A stretch of 56,940 nt of DNA from Geosiphon pyriformis uo1. Its lineage: Eukaryota; Fungi; Glomeromycota. Of this stretch, positions 1-11,640 are shown piece by piece. The position numbers and the translations under genes are program-made. Location of the stretch: assembly GCA_016748015.1 (NCBI GenBank), contig JAAOMT010000467.1, positions 1 to 56,940 of the forward strand. The letters run 5' to 3'. Each line of letters starts with the position of its first letter. Position 1 is the stretch's first letter. The notes beneath the pieces are model-generated. The model ran no database searches, had not been told where the DNA came from, and saw only the letters and a program-made list of their open reading frames with translations.

Positions 1-176
1 GTATTTTGGTTAGAATAGACATTGCCACCGACCAAATTTATTTTATGTAGGGCGTCGACATTAATTATTTGGTGAGAAAAACCAGGCTTCTGCGTTGCCT
101 CTTCCTGGGTCAAAACAGGTAGGTCGAGGATTTTTGAAAGGCCAGCAGCCAAAAGTAGTGCGTTATAGCTTGACAT
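1..176 (-). CDS. 5' end of a Ubl-ART family paralogue (copy 1), running off the left edge of the window
   Basis: ATG at 176 (- strand) reads [58 protein letters not shown] with no stop. It is colinear with the N-terminus of the 1363..2340 gene, and its upstream DNA (177..~397) matches 2341..~2540. The Ubl and ART parts lie outside the window and are inferred. Confidence 0.8.
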   Translation of the reverse strand, partial: MSSYNALLLAAGLSKILDLPVLTQEEATQKPGFSHQIINVDALHKINLVGGNVYSNQN

Positions 177-519
177 TTTTTTAAATGAAAGCTAAGTAAG
201 AGTGTAAGAACTGGAAAAAGGCAGAAGCACCAATATTTTCTTTAAATACTTTTACTTTGTTTAAAAGACCGCAGTCATAGGCATTTATTAATAAATCCAA
301 TGAACAAGATTATTTCCTGAATTGAGGTTTTGTTGGAAAGCTCATATCACACATCGCTGTACGCCCACATATTATTTCCTTATCACTTTACCTTACTACG
401 GTTATAGATCGATAGCTTGCTTAATCAGTATTTTTTTAATATGACTTCATTAATGAAAAAAAACGTATATCACTAGGTCACATAACCCTTTATTTTTTAT
501 AACTTCTTTAACACGTTTT

Positions 520-930
520 AACATCGAGTCAATAAATCGAGCAATGGAAGTGCATTCTACGTAAAAGACTGCCTTCTCCAATTAATCCTCTGTTCCTTGC
601 TTTCGGTTTTGGAGAATCCAATTTTTAACTTTCCTTCACATATTTTCTATTGGCGATTATAAAGTCACAAAACCAAGATTATCTTGGAGATCTTTCACAA
701 GTTTGCACTTGTACATTGGAGTGTTTTTTTCCTGAAATATTGCTTTTTCAGCGGTCATAATCATTGGATAAATTATACGACCAGTTTGATTAGAATTGTG
801 AAGCTCACTTTTATGACACCATATACGAAATTTTGCATACGAATCAGTGCTTATAGAGGATTTAACTGTCGAAAGAATAAGTCGCCAATCCTTTTTGGTC
901 CAATGCATAATCTTTGCGGCAGACATATCT
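520..930 (-). mobile_element. Decayed Tc1/mariner transposase fragment
   Basis: The - strand gives HWTKKDWRLILSTVKSS (cf. WTxxDWxxVxFSDES), FQEKNTPMYKCKLVKD (cf. FQQDNAPxH) and SPIENI (cf. LxPIENLW). It is internally deleted and the catalytic acidic residues are degraded. Confidence 0.6.
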
Positions 931-1362
931 TATTTTGAAATAATCGTTTTAATTTTGTGTAGCCCCGGAGTACATATATTATAAAGTTTGTTTTGAAAGA
1001 ATATATATTGAAATAATGAAGTTTTGTTTAACAAGGCTATCCCACATTCACCAGATTCACCGATTCAAAATATCTAAAATATTACTATAATTAATTCCAA
1101 TTTGTCTTTTAATATAATTCTTGAATTGTTAAGAGTCGGTGAATTTCCATAGTTTTCCAAAATAAATTTTATTATCTTGCATAATATGAATTTTTATTAA
1201 AAAGCAAAAATTTAAAACTACTATCATTGAGCTTTTGGTAGATAAACAATACAACATAGGAGAAATATTTCATATTTGGTAAAAAAACTAATAATTTAGA
1301 AGCTAACATTATAAATAGTGTTTCCTCATCCAATAAAGAAAGCCAAAATTAAATCGCTGTCA

Positions 1363-2340
1363 TCATAGTCTCTTGATGCAGATACCATATGCGCGGATAT
1401 CTTCGTTTTGGGATGATATCCAATATTCACCAAGACCTGTTTTTTCCCGGGGGATGCGAGCAAGTGTTGCGGGATTGACTCTATTCTGCACAACAATACT
1501 ATATTGAATGCCTTTAAAGGTGAACTTTTCGGCATATAACTCGGCAACCTTTATATCAGGGGTTGAATAGATTCCATGGCCAAACATGAATCGTTTTCCT
1601 TTACTCAACAAATACCCCTCTTCGGCAATTGATTTTGCATTATGTTTACCAGTTCCATGGTAAGAAACGGGCCAAGCAGTTGAAGAGACTCCAAGCCATT
1701 CATTATCCAACCCATATTTATCTGACACTTTCAATGCAATTCGGTTCCAACCACATGGACGAACATAGGGTAACACTCCTCGAGTGAAACTCCTAGTATC
1801 TTTAATATTGGTAAAGTCAAAGTCGAATTGTGGATCTAAGCAGTTAGAACTGATAACATGAATACTGGGATTAGCATAACCACCACGAATACGCAACATG
1901 AGATGGACTGTACTCTCTCGTTGAATATCATACTCAGCCACGGTGTGGTCATCTTCAAGTTGTTTTCCAGCAAAAATAAGGCGTTGTTGATCTAGGGGGA
2001 TACCTTCCTTTGCTGCGATCTTTTGTTTTAGGTAATCAATAGTATCGCTCGAGTTAACCTCAATAGTTACAGTCTTTCCAGTCAGGGTCTTGACAAAGAC
2101 TTGATGAGTACTAGCAGTTTCAGTCGAGCCTACTTTGTAGATTGGTCTTGATTGATGATTGGCAATAGCCTTTTCAGAATAAATATTACCACCAACCAAA
2201 CTTATTTTATGTAAGGCGTCGAGGTCAATTATTTTGCGAGAAAACCCAGCCTTCTTCTTAGCATCTTCCTGGGTCAAAACAGCTTGGTTAAGAATTTTTG
2301 AAAGGCCAGCAGCCAAAAGTAGTGCGTTATTGCTTGACAT
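1363..2340 (-). CDS. Ubiquitin-like domain + PARP/NEURL4-type ADP-ribosyltransferase fusion (copy 2), single exon, 325 aa
   Basis: The start is placed at MSSNNALL (ATG at 2340), matching both paralogues. The Ubl at 2106..1879 is about 55/76 identical to yeast ubiquitin by hand alignment and ends LMLRIRGG. The C-terminal domain has [29 protein letters not shown], a Tyr 11 residues later and GEYWI, i.e. the ARTD/PARP H-Y-(Y)-E layout. Confidence 0.9.
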   Translation of the reverse strand: MSSNNALLLAAGLSKILNQAVLTQEDAKKKAGFSRKIIDLDALHKISLVGGNIYSEKAIANHQSRPIYKVGSTETASTHQVFVKTLTGKTVTIEVNSSDTIDYLKQKIAAKEGIPLDQQRLIFAGKQLEDDHTVAEYDIQRESTVHLMLRIRGGYANPSIHVISSNCLDPQFDFDFTNIKDTRSFTRGVLPYVRPCGWNRIALKVSDKYGLDNEWLGVSSTAWPVSYHGTGKHNAKSIAEEGYLLSKGKRFMFGHGIYSTPDIKVAELYAEKFTFKGIQYSIVVQNRVNPATLARIPREKTGLGEYWISSQNEDIRAYGICIKRL

Positions 2341-3321
2341 TTTTTTAAATAGAAGTTCAGTGATAATGTAAGAACTGGAAAAAGGCAGAAGCAGCAATAT
2401 CTTCTTTAAATACTTTTACTTTGTTTAAAAGACCTTAGTTACACGGTTAGAACCATTTATCAATGAGTCTAATAAGGTTTTTGTGGAAAGTTAATATCAC
2501 AACTCGCCACATATCTTTTCTTTGTCATTTTACCTTATACAGTGATTCTACTTTTCATGTAACATTAAAATTCTGATGCTAAGATTTCTTTTTGGGAGTT
2601 ATGATTCAAAACCTCAACTCTTGTGAAATATTGGGAACATGATTTTGAAACGATGCAAACTTCAGTTATTTATTCCGCTATTTATGGGTTTTGTTTTGCC
2701 AAGCTCGAATAAATACAAAAACTTGACCAAATTCAAATTTTTTCTGATAATTTTCACTATGAAAGTATCAAGTGAACTCGGTCTATAAAAGTTAATAAAG
2801 CATAAAATGAAAAGATTTTTTTGTGCCGAATTATACGGTACAATTAATCAATTCTTTAATGGAAAATTTCACAGCAATAATTATTTTTTATTTAAGAAAA
2901 GATTCAAGATAAATTTATATATCCGGGTGGTTGGTCGTGCGTTGTAAAAAGTGTAAGCCTTGCCTAAAGTTTAACTTTTTAGGGGTAGGAACAATTTAGG
3001 TACTAAGTGTGACTACACTTTAGAATGAGTTTTTACTTTTTTCGTCATTCTAAATTTCCTTGGCTTTTATTAGATGTTTTCCATCAAAATTGGATATAAT
3101 GCGGGGAATGGTTGTTAGAATAATTAGGAGAAAATTATTTAGATTTTTCAAACTAAAAATTCCTATCAATATACATCTACTCAATCGTATCTCATTGTTC
3201 AGAAAATACTTTTGGTTGACCGAAAAAAAATAAAGCAATATACAATGAGAAAGAAATAATATTTTCGAAATTTTTATAATTTACAAAAGAAAAGACGCGT
3301 GATGAAAAGGATAAAGATAAA

Positions 3322-4892
3322 TTAGTGATCCTTAATAATGCCATTTGTTCTAATAACTTGGAAAACCTCATATTCTTCCACCTGGAACGTATCAGTACTT
3401 TGACGAATCGCTTGTTCATAATCACTTTGTCGAGCCTGAGATAATTTGGATTCTCGGAAATCATTACCCAACAAGCTTAGGTCACCATCACCCCAAATGG
3501 GTCCATGTTTCTTGTGACATTTCATAGCCTGACTTGAATTAGAAACAAGGCTACAACAACTATTACCAAGTTCGTTTTCATCCATTGAGAAAATAAAGCT
3601 GTCAGTTGATCGTTCAAATCCCGAATGAGAATTCCAACTATAAGGATTGTAGCCACCGATTATTTCGTTAGTTCCTCGTACTCTTATTACCGTCAAAGTT
3701 GGACCTTTTTTATCGCAAAGACGATGAAACGAGGCTGGGGTGAAACCATCACGACTTCCACGAAGCAAAAGTCTAAATTCAAACGGATTGGTAACGAAAT
3801 GTCGTTGAATATCTTTTTGGTCGATCCAAATAGCCACTAGCGCCGCATTTTTGATATTAATTAAGACCGAATCAATGTGACTTGGTTTCATGTTCATTAT
3901 AAGCCAATTCCACAATCCAAGCCGTGGAGGTAAAATCGGCGATTCGATTTTATTACTCTCATTGGGGTGAAGATGATGGATTACCACATCACGAAATAAT
4001 CGCCGAGGAATGATTTTTTTGAATGGAACAACATTCCTATCAAAATCTTCAGATGATATTTGAAAATATCGAATATGGGGCAAGAGTTTTTGAAGGATTT
4101 TTTGTAAAGTCCCGAATTCATACTTTCCCCATTGAGAACCGGCCAAAGTGGAAGGTGGCATTTGAGAGAATCCCCATTCCATTATACGTGTCCATATATC
4201 AATTTCGTCTATTGCAAGGTCGTCGCGAATGAGCAACGATACGAGCATGTCTTCATCGAGAGCTGAAAAGTCTTTTGACATGAAAATCGTTTCTGGATGT
4301 TTGTCTTTGATCATTGTGATGAAATTCTGAAGTGCCAAGAAAGCTTCATGTTGAAAGGCGATTCTGTGAACAAGCGCAAAATTCTCACGTATCCAGTCAG
4401 CCTTTTCAGATATGAGATGATCTTGTAAATAGCCGAATAAATCTTCAAGGCCAAGTTCGTCAGCGGCAATCAAGATATCAAAGATTTCAGCAGTATCATA
4501 TTTTATCAGGCAAATCATACCACCATATATATAGCTATTAGAAAAGTAACGGAATGAAAAATAGCTGTTTAGAACCTTTTTCTTGATTATAAAGAAAATT
4601 TTGATATTATAATAAGAAAAAGTGAAATGATTTACCGTAGAATAACCCCAAAAACGAAGGGAGAAATGTTTGGCTTTTTGAAAAAAATCATATTTGCCCC
4701 CTGAGTTCTTGCCCACTCATTGCTCAACGCCGTTGCAAAATACTTTGAACGGGATCGTAATATCAAAGAATGAGCTTTATAAGTTTGGCTTTTATCACCT
4801 TCCCCTACTTCAATTGAAACATCATGATCCCGAGCGTTATCGAGAAGTTTCGTAAAATCTCTTGATAAAAAGGTTAAAAAATCGAGTGCCAT
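3322..4892 (-). CDS. BTB/POZ-BACK-TLDc domain protein, 2 exons (4892..4636, 4534..3322), 489 aa
   Basis: Exon 1 has the BTB start DVSIEVGE..YKAHSLILRSRSKYFATALS. A GT-AG phase-2 intron at 4635..4535 joins VILR to YIYGG. BACK-like LLIRDDLAIDEIDIW; TLDc motifs LLLRGSRDGF, FHRLCDKKGPT, IIGGYNP, GPIWG, FQVEEYEVF. Confidence 0.92.
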
Positions 4893-5529
4893 TTTCTTTT
4901 CTTGATCGAAAAATTATTAAAGTAGGGAGTTAATAGTTTGTGAGAAAAATTTTTAACATTAATTTGCTTACATAAAAGCAAGTGATTTTTCCTGGATGAT
5001 GAATTGGTTGACGGGGTTGTATATATAGAAAATTGTTCAAACTTAGTTCTTTTGTTTATTGATCCCTTATTGAGAACAAATGAACACCATTGTTCCACTT
5101 GAAACGAGAAGCTAGATGCCTCTTCTGAAGCTGTCAACCAAGTTAAAAACCGCAAATACAAACAAACTTGTAGGTTGAATGAGCTCCAATTTCATCTCCG
5201 TGGGAACTTTTTGTTTAGAATTAATTTTAAAAAACTTTTGCTGATTTCAAAGAATATGCATAGTCGTTGATATTTTTATTCTTTCATATTGAAAGTTCTA
5301 TTGAGAGGTGTTTCATAATCTGCATACATTTTTTCCGCAAATTCTCAGGTTTTTTGGGAGATCACTTCCAAATTTAACAATTTTATCGTTTCACTCGATT
5401 TTGATTCACTCAACTATTTGATACCAAAAGGGAAGACTGCTTCATTGTGCGTAAATACAGGTACAGATTAAAGTGAGGATTGTTAATTTTTTAAGCAATG
5501 TTTTCTTGTCGATAAATAGGTGAAAAAAT

Positions 5530-6130
5530 TTTCAAAATATTTTGATGGGTAATCTAAACTCCTTCAGGGCTTCTTGTTTTTTTTTTTTACAGATGTTTAT
5601 TTTCTTTAAAGAACAATTATCTATTGCCAGGGTCATCTTTTTTGAATATCTTGAATTATTTAGGGGGAAATGTACAAAAAGCCATATGATTCGCCAGACT
5701 CTTGAATACAATCGTATAGAATGAACCACTCCAGTTACATTTCTAAACCGGAGATTTTTCAGGTTTTTAAGGCAAACAAGGTCACCATTTAATGTCGGCC
5801 AACATTAGCCTTACATTTCAGAGGTACGCTAAAAGATTTCTTATACTCTTTAAATTTTTAATTCTCATACCGATGATTTCACATTGTTTGTTCAGCAAGA
5901 AAAAAAAACGCCTTCTTGCCATACATTGAGATCTGATTGAACTCCATTTATTTTTGAGAATTTGAAGTTTCTTTTTTTTTTCAACCTCTGACTCTGCATA
6001 CATAATTCTTGTTTCGATCAAGCCTCGAACCTTCACTATCACGAGAGATAAAGCTAATCGAATAAGCGTGTATCAATTTTCCTCTCTAAGATCTGAATCG
6101 GGTTCTTTGCATTGGACGTTATCTGACATC
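5530..6130 (-). pseudogene. Decayed coding remnant, possibly the N-terminal part of a glomeromycotan protein-kinase-like gene
   Basis: Coding-like composition from an ATG near 6130 (MSDNVQCKEP) with many stops and frameshifts. Fragments LEWFILYDCIQE and QEALKEF loosely resemble the EWIPYxxF and VALK segments of these kinases. No catalytic motifs seen. Confidence 0.3.
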
Positions 6131-7875
6131 TTTTAAGGATGATCCTTTCCAATTCCAAGATTCAAAATTTCATGCCTATTTTATTTTTTTAAATTTTTAT
6201 GCTTGAGGATGATCGGAAACACACACGAGTTCAGCTAAATGTTCGATATAAAGTTAGCTATTTAAAAAATTTATCATTCCATCATTAGTAATCACAGGAT
6301 TTTTTACATGACCTTTTACATGTATTATGATGTTTCATTTAATTATTTTTAGATCTTCCCCTACCATAAGATATACAGTATTCAACAATTGAAAATGCAA
6401 ATGAATAAATTTGAAACGGTTAAAGAATGAGTTTGACCCGAAGTACGTTTCATAGTCGACACAATAGATTGAATTGTTCGTAATTTTGAGCCGAATAGTC
6501 AAAATGATGATGCAGGATTTTATTTAGAATTTAGAGGTATAATGATGTATAATGTATGGTGTAATATGATAGAAACCCGGGATATTTTTTCAACTCTTAT
6601 GCATGTAGGGATAAAAATATCTTTCCGTAATAAAACTGTATATGCATAACAGGAGAGTAAGAACTTTTATAGAAAAAAAGGTAGGCTGCAAGAGCAAAAC
6701 AATTTCATTATTAAATGATCAACAATTTCTATCCATTGAGAAAGCTTTTTACATGTAAATAGAAAGTTTCAATTGAACTTTCCAAAGCGCAAGAAAATCA
6801 TCCTATAAAGAAAGAACTTGGGAAATCTTCAAGACTCATAATATTTATTTTTTGAAAGGGTTTTTTTAATATTATTAAAGAATTGTGAGATATAAAGGAT
6901 AAATATTGATTGTAAATTGTAGGATTAAAAAAAAATGAAAATGAGAATTTTACATTAATAAAAACATACAAACTTAATGAATGAAGGAATGAATGCACAA
7001 ATATATACATTTATATTTATATATTTATATGAGCCTTCTGTTTATAGAATTCTAGAACATATATATATCTAAACATGAAGTTTAGCCTGTTTTATTTTCT
7101 CAGGATTATTGATGAACTTTTCATTTCCCATGATTGAATTCGTTATTTTTTGTTATAGATATCAGAACAATGAGTTTTATGAACGTCTAGAAAATTCTAT
7201 TAACCTATCGATCAAGATAAATGGTTTTTTGGGAAGTGATCCAAATATCAAGTTTACATGAGAATTTTTTTTTCTTTTTTTGAAAAGATGATCGAGAAGT
7301 TCTTTTAAGAGACTAATTTTTTCTATAAAAAATAATATATATTATGATTATCAAAATTTAAACATAAAATTGTATTTCTAAATTTCTACAAGGGACCAAA
7401 ACGAATTTGAATTCAATTTTTTTTTCCATCATACAGATTAATTAAATTTGAATAAGGATTCCCCTATAATTATATAATTGAACTGACTAAATTAAATCAT
7501 TTAATTTTTTTACAATTCCTTTATCAATTTCAAAAACTAACAAATATCATGCTTGTTAGAATTATGTAACATACCAAATTCACAAATGCTATTGAACAAA
7601 GGTAATGTGTAAAAAGTACGAATAAAATTGTGGTCGTCATTTATGGCAAGATCGACATCGTTGCACATCTAGTCGATTCTCTCATCATGTGAAGGTGTGT
7701 GCTACAAATTTTCATCGTCTAAATAAAAATAATTTGTCTAATTGAAAATATCTACTAGCTTGCTATAAATAGTGTTTTAAAATCAAAAACAAAGTGGTTA
7801 AAGAAATAACTGGGTAATAATATACAACCCCCTAAATTAGAATAATTTACATGAGAGATCGTCACAAAAATTCTA

Positions 7876-9729
7876 TCAGTTTTTTGGAGATTCCTTTGGT
7901 AAAAGACCTGAAATTTGACCGTATGACTGATCAGCACTGGAATTTTGGCTGATACCACTGCTTCGTTTACTATCATATGCTTTCTTTCCATTGACAAAAG
8001 ATTGTACTTCATCGATAATGTGTTTCAAACTATTTTGTTCCGAGTTTCCAAACAAAAACCCATTCAACCCAAAGATCACACCATTAATTGCCAATCCGGT
8101 GACCGCAAGTAGTATTATAATGTTTGCCCAACTATCAAATTTCAAAACATTCCCAGCCACTAAAGCCTCAATAATGAATCCGACAAGTATGAGCACAATT
8201 GAAATCCAAAAGAATGATAGATGGAAACGCGCTGTCGATATTGATGTCTTTAAATCGTGTGTGAGTAAGTCCACCAAATTTTGATAAATTTTAGTTTCAA
8301 GATCTGGTAAGCTATCATATGCCGCTTGTTCCCAAATTGATAAAGGTATGACAGCATTTTTGTCACGACCGACTAAGGTGAAGACAGCTTCGACACCAAA
8401 ATGGTCCGAATAAGTGCAGTTTAGCTCGGGAATGGTTTCGGTAAATACCACCTTCACATTGGAACACCAAAATCTTGATGTTTTACGATAAAATACATAA
8501 TCAATTCGTTCACCCGCATTACATTCACGTTCCGCATCTTTGGCGGTCCGATTACTCCAAGTGTTGAGGGGTGAATTACTAGTAACCCCTTTCTGTGAAA
8601 TAGCGGTAGCAGGATCATGTGAATTCGAAATTTGCTGGTTAACCGACGTTGTTGATATGCTAGCCGGTGTTGTAGGAAATTGTGAGGGCCAAGCATCAAT
8701 CATTTGGCCATGCTGTGTGATTATCTTGTAAAGTAGACTATCAGGATTATTATTAAAATCTCCTAACTAATAGTGTCCATTTTGGAGATTGATTAATAAA
8801 AACGTTAAAAATTTTGCAATAGGAACCATTTAAGTAACCCTTGAAAGAGTCAAAAAAAAAAAAAAAAATACCACTTACAGCAATGACATTTCTTCCACGA
8901 GCAGCTGAGCTTTTCAGTATATTGGCAAGTTCCCAGGCTTGGGAAACTCTATGTCCTAAATAAATATCATTTTTCTTTGATCCATAACCAGCGTGTGTCT
9001 AAGAATTTACAATTTATATGTGAGAAAGTAAAATTAAAAGTTTTCATGAAATAAACGAAAAAATGGTTAAATTTAGGCACATAAACTCACATGAGTGGTA
9101 AAAACTTCGATGCATCCGGCAATCGGATGATCTACGAGAACACTCCCCGCACCTTTACCAACGTACCAGTCACCATGTGTAAATTTTATCGGGCGTCCAT
9201 TCAAACGATATGGGTGATGTGATAATTCAAGAATTGGGTATCGTGACAGAATTACTAATCCTCCACCTAAGATACCACTTCAAAACAAAATAAAAGGTAT
9301 TGAAAACCTTAAAGTTGAATGGGTGGAATTTGAAGAATCAAATATTCTAATCTTCATGAAAATAAGTAATTTCAAGTTTTTTTTATTTTTGAAATTCCTA
9401 CCTATGAAAAAATTTCCCATACGGAAATCGTCTTTTAGTTCTATTTCTGATGAGTTCGTAATTACTATAAACCCATACTTCCTGTAGACAAACAATGTCG
9501 TAGTCAGAAATAGCCAAACTGTCGGCAATGCTTTCCATTCGTTGATTACGCTTTTTTGAAACATATTTTAAGCCCCTATTTTTTTTGATAGAAAGTAAAA
9601 GAGAAAAAGTAAGTTTTGAAAAGGAATGATATGCAATGATTTTGAATTTATTGAGGTAAAGAAAGATTTCTGCACATGCCAGCAATTTAGCGAGACAACT
9701 TTAAGGGTGGTCGTATTTGAGCCGCTCAT
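7876..9729 (-). CDS. ISC1: Inositol phosphosphingolipid phospholipase C / neutral sphingomyelinase (DNase I-like EEP fold), 5 exons (9729..9680, 9575..9402, 9277..9091, 8998..8879, 8766..7876), 473 aa
   Basis: The spliced product has LKVVSLNCWGLKYVSK, DIVCLQEVW, GLVILSRYPI, GDWYVGKG, TTHTHA, LGDFN, RIDYVF, YSDHFGV and two C-terminal hydrophobic helices. All exon phases are consistent (1422 nt); intron 1 is GC-AG. Confidence 0.92.
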
Positions 9730-9842
9730 ATTCGTAATTTCTTTAAAGAGAAAATTAAGTTTAATATGTATATAAAGACGTTCTTTGAATATTCTTTTAG
9801 GTCTAAATATTTTGTCGGTTCGAAAAATGAAAAATCTATGTT

Positions 9843-9890
9843 ATTTTTGTTATTGTTGTTGTTGTTGTTGTTGTTGTTATTGTTGTTGTT
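9843..9890 (+). repeat. (TTG/TTA)n microsatellite upstream of ISC1
   Basis: Direct reading: ttgttattgttgttgttg... Confidence 0.9.
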
Positions 9891-11520
9891 TCTTTTATTT
9901 TTATTTAAATTAATGAAGGACGCTAATATTTTGAGAAAAAGAAAATTAAAAGGAAAAAATGTACCAAAGATTATATAAGATATGAGTAGAAAAAGGAAAG
10001 CAATGATCAACCAACATAATTAAAACCAAATCTCAGTTTTCTAGAAAGAGTATTGTGATTCGTGCTGAATGAACCATTATGAATTTAGTACAATGTAACA
10101 TCCTTTTCGTTAATCATTACGCAAATTATATTGGATCATGAATACAAATTCTTTATGATGATTAAGTGTGAAACGTCACATTGTGTGCACAACGGGGTTT
10201 ACCAATCAGTAGAAAAAGAAACTATTGTCAAACCAGAGCGAAAGGGTTTTTTGCATGAAAAAGTTTTAAAGAATCACATTTAAAAACCTCTAAGTGGTTA
10301 TATTGAAATTTTTGAATTCTGTGAAAAAAATTCCACAAATGGTTGGGATTTTTGAAGATTGGCAAGCGAAAAATATTGACAGACAATATTGAGTTTTTTT
10401 TTTTCTTGTGTGTGTCACATAAATAAAGAATGGGGAAGAATTGAAGGGAAAAATTTATACATGTGAATGTGAGATTTTATAATTTTAACTTTTTTTGTGT
10501 GAAATGTTTCCTGTTGCGTTAAAAACTTTAATATAGGTTTCACATCTTAAGAGAGTGGGTTGAATGAAGTCTATGAACTTTGAAAGGCTCCAATAAATAT
10601 ATTCAATATTTTAGATTTTTTTAAAGAGCATACATATAAATAATATTTTAAATTTTAAATTTTTTTTTGGAATTTGACATTTATTAATGACTAAAATAAA
10701 ATATATATTAGTTTAATTGAATCAGATTCAGGACCAAAAATTTTTTAACAATTTGACAAAACTTTATAATATTTCTAAAGAAAGGGATTTTTTTTTTTGA
10801 TGAATTGAATTAACTTTAACTTTAATAAAAAAAATCTATTCAATTAAATTAGTTTTTTGGGTTTTATAATGATAAGATCCTAAATAGATAATCTAGTAAG
10901 AATTAAGTTTGGCGTCTGCTTGCAGCAAAAGATTTTCTATCCTATCCTCTCCTATCGCTTCATGAATGACTAATTTTCATGACCGACTTTCGAATCATTT
11001 TTTTTTCATTTTTCCAAGAAAGGAAAATAGATAAGGAAATCCCCTTTTCATCTTTCTTGACTTACTCTTGACGTCATATTGGTTGATTTTAAAACTTTTG
11101 TTTTCATATCTGACTTAGTATGATAATTTTAAAAAGCAGTTTCGTTTTTTCTAATGCTTTAATAAAAAAATTTTTAAATAATAAAAATTTTTTTAACAGA
11201 TTAAAGATTTAAACAAGAAAAAACAATTTTTTTTTTTAACCGATTGATTGATTCAAATTACTATTATTAAAAGCAAAATATGTTGATATATAAAGATTAT
11301 GTCTAAAAGATGAATAGTTTCAGAATTTTTAGAAATGGTTTGATACCTTCTTATTTTCAAAAATAAATTCAAGTTGCTTAGAAACATTTAATCAGAAGAA
11401 AATTGATAAGAAAATTCAAAATCTTTAAAATTTTCTCATCTAAGAAAATATAAATTTTATAAAATCAAATATTTATTATTTAATATATTTAATTTCCTAT
11501 CTTAAATAATAATAAAAAAC

Positions 11521-11554
11521 CCTCCCCCTCCTCCTCCTCCTCCTTCTCCTCCTC
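11521..11554 (+). repeat. (CCT)n pyrimidine microsatellite
   Basis: cctccccctcctcctcctcctccttctcctcctc in an otherwise AT-rich context. Confidence 0.85.
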
Positions 11555-11640
11555 TAACATATTTAAATTTTGGCTAGATATATCTTTAAATTTGAAAGTT
11601 TAAAAATTAGAAAAATAATTTTTAAATATTTTAAGTATTC

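Noticed and set aside
1363-2397. Polyubiquitin, ubiquitin-ribosomal fusion or Crinkler (CRN) annotation; ORF-track start at 2397
   Set aside because: There is a single internal diverged Ubl followed by an ART domain, with no ribosomal tail and no LFLAK/HVLV CRN motifs. 2397 is a non-ATG start; the paralogues support ATG 2340.
3322-4716. 464-aa single-exon ORF as listed in the track
   Set aside because: Its first ~60 aa run through another frame of exon 1 and the intron; the spliced model restores a full BTB domain.
9726-10010. Poly-Asn / poly-Leu ORFs
   Set aside because: Artefacts of the (TTG)n microsatellite.
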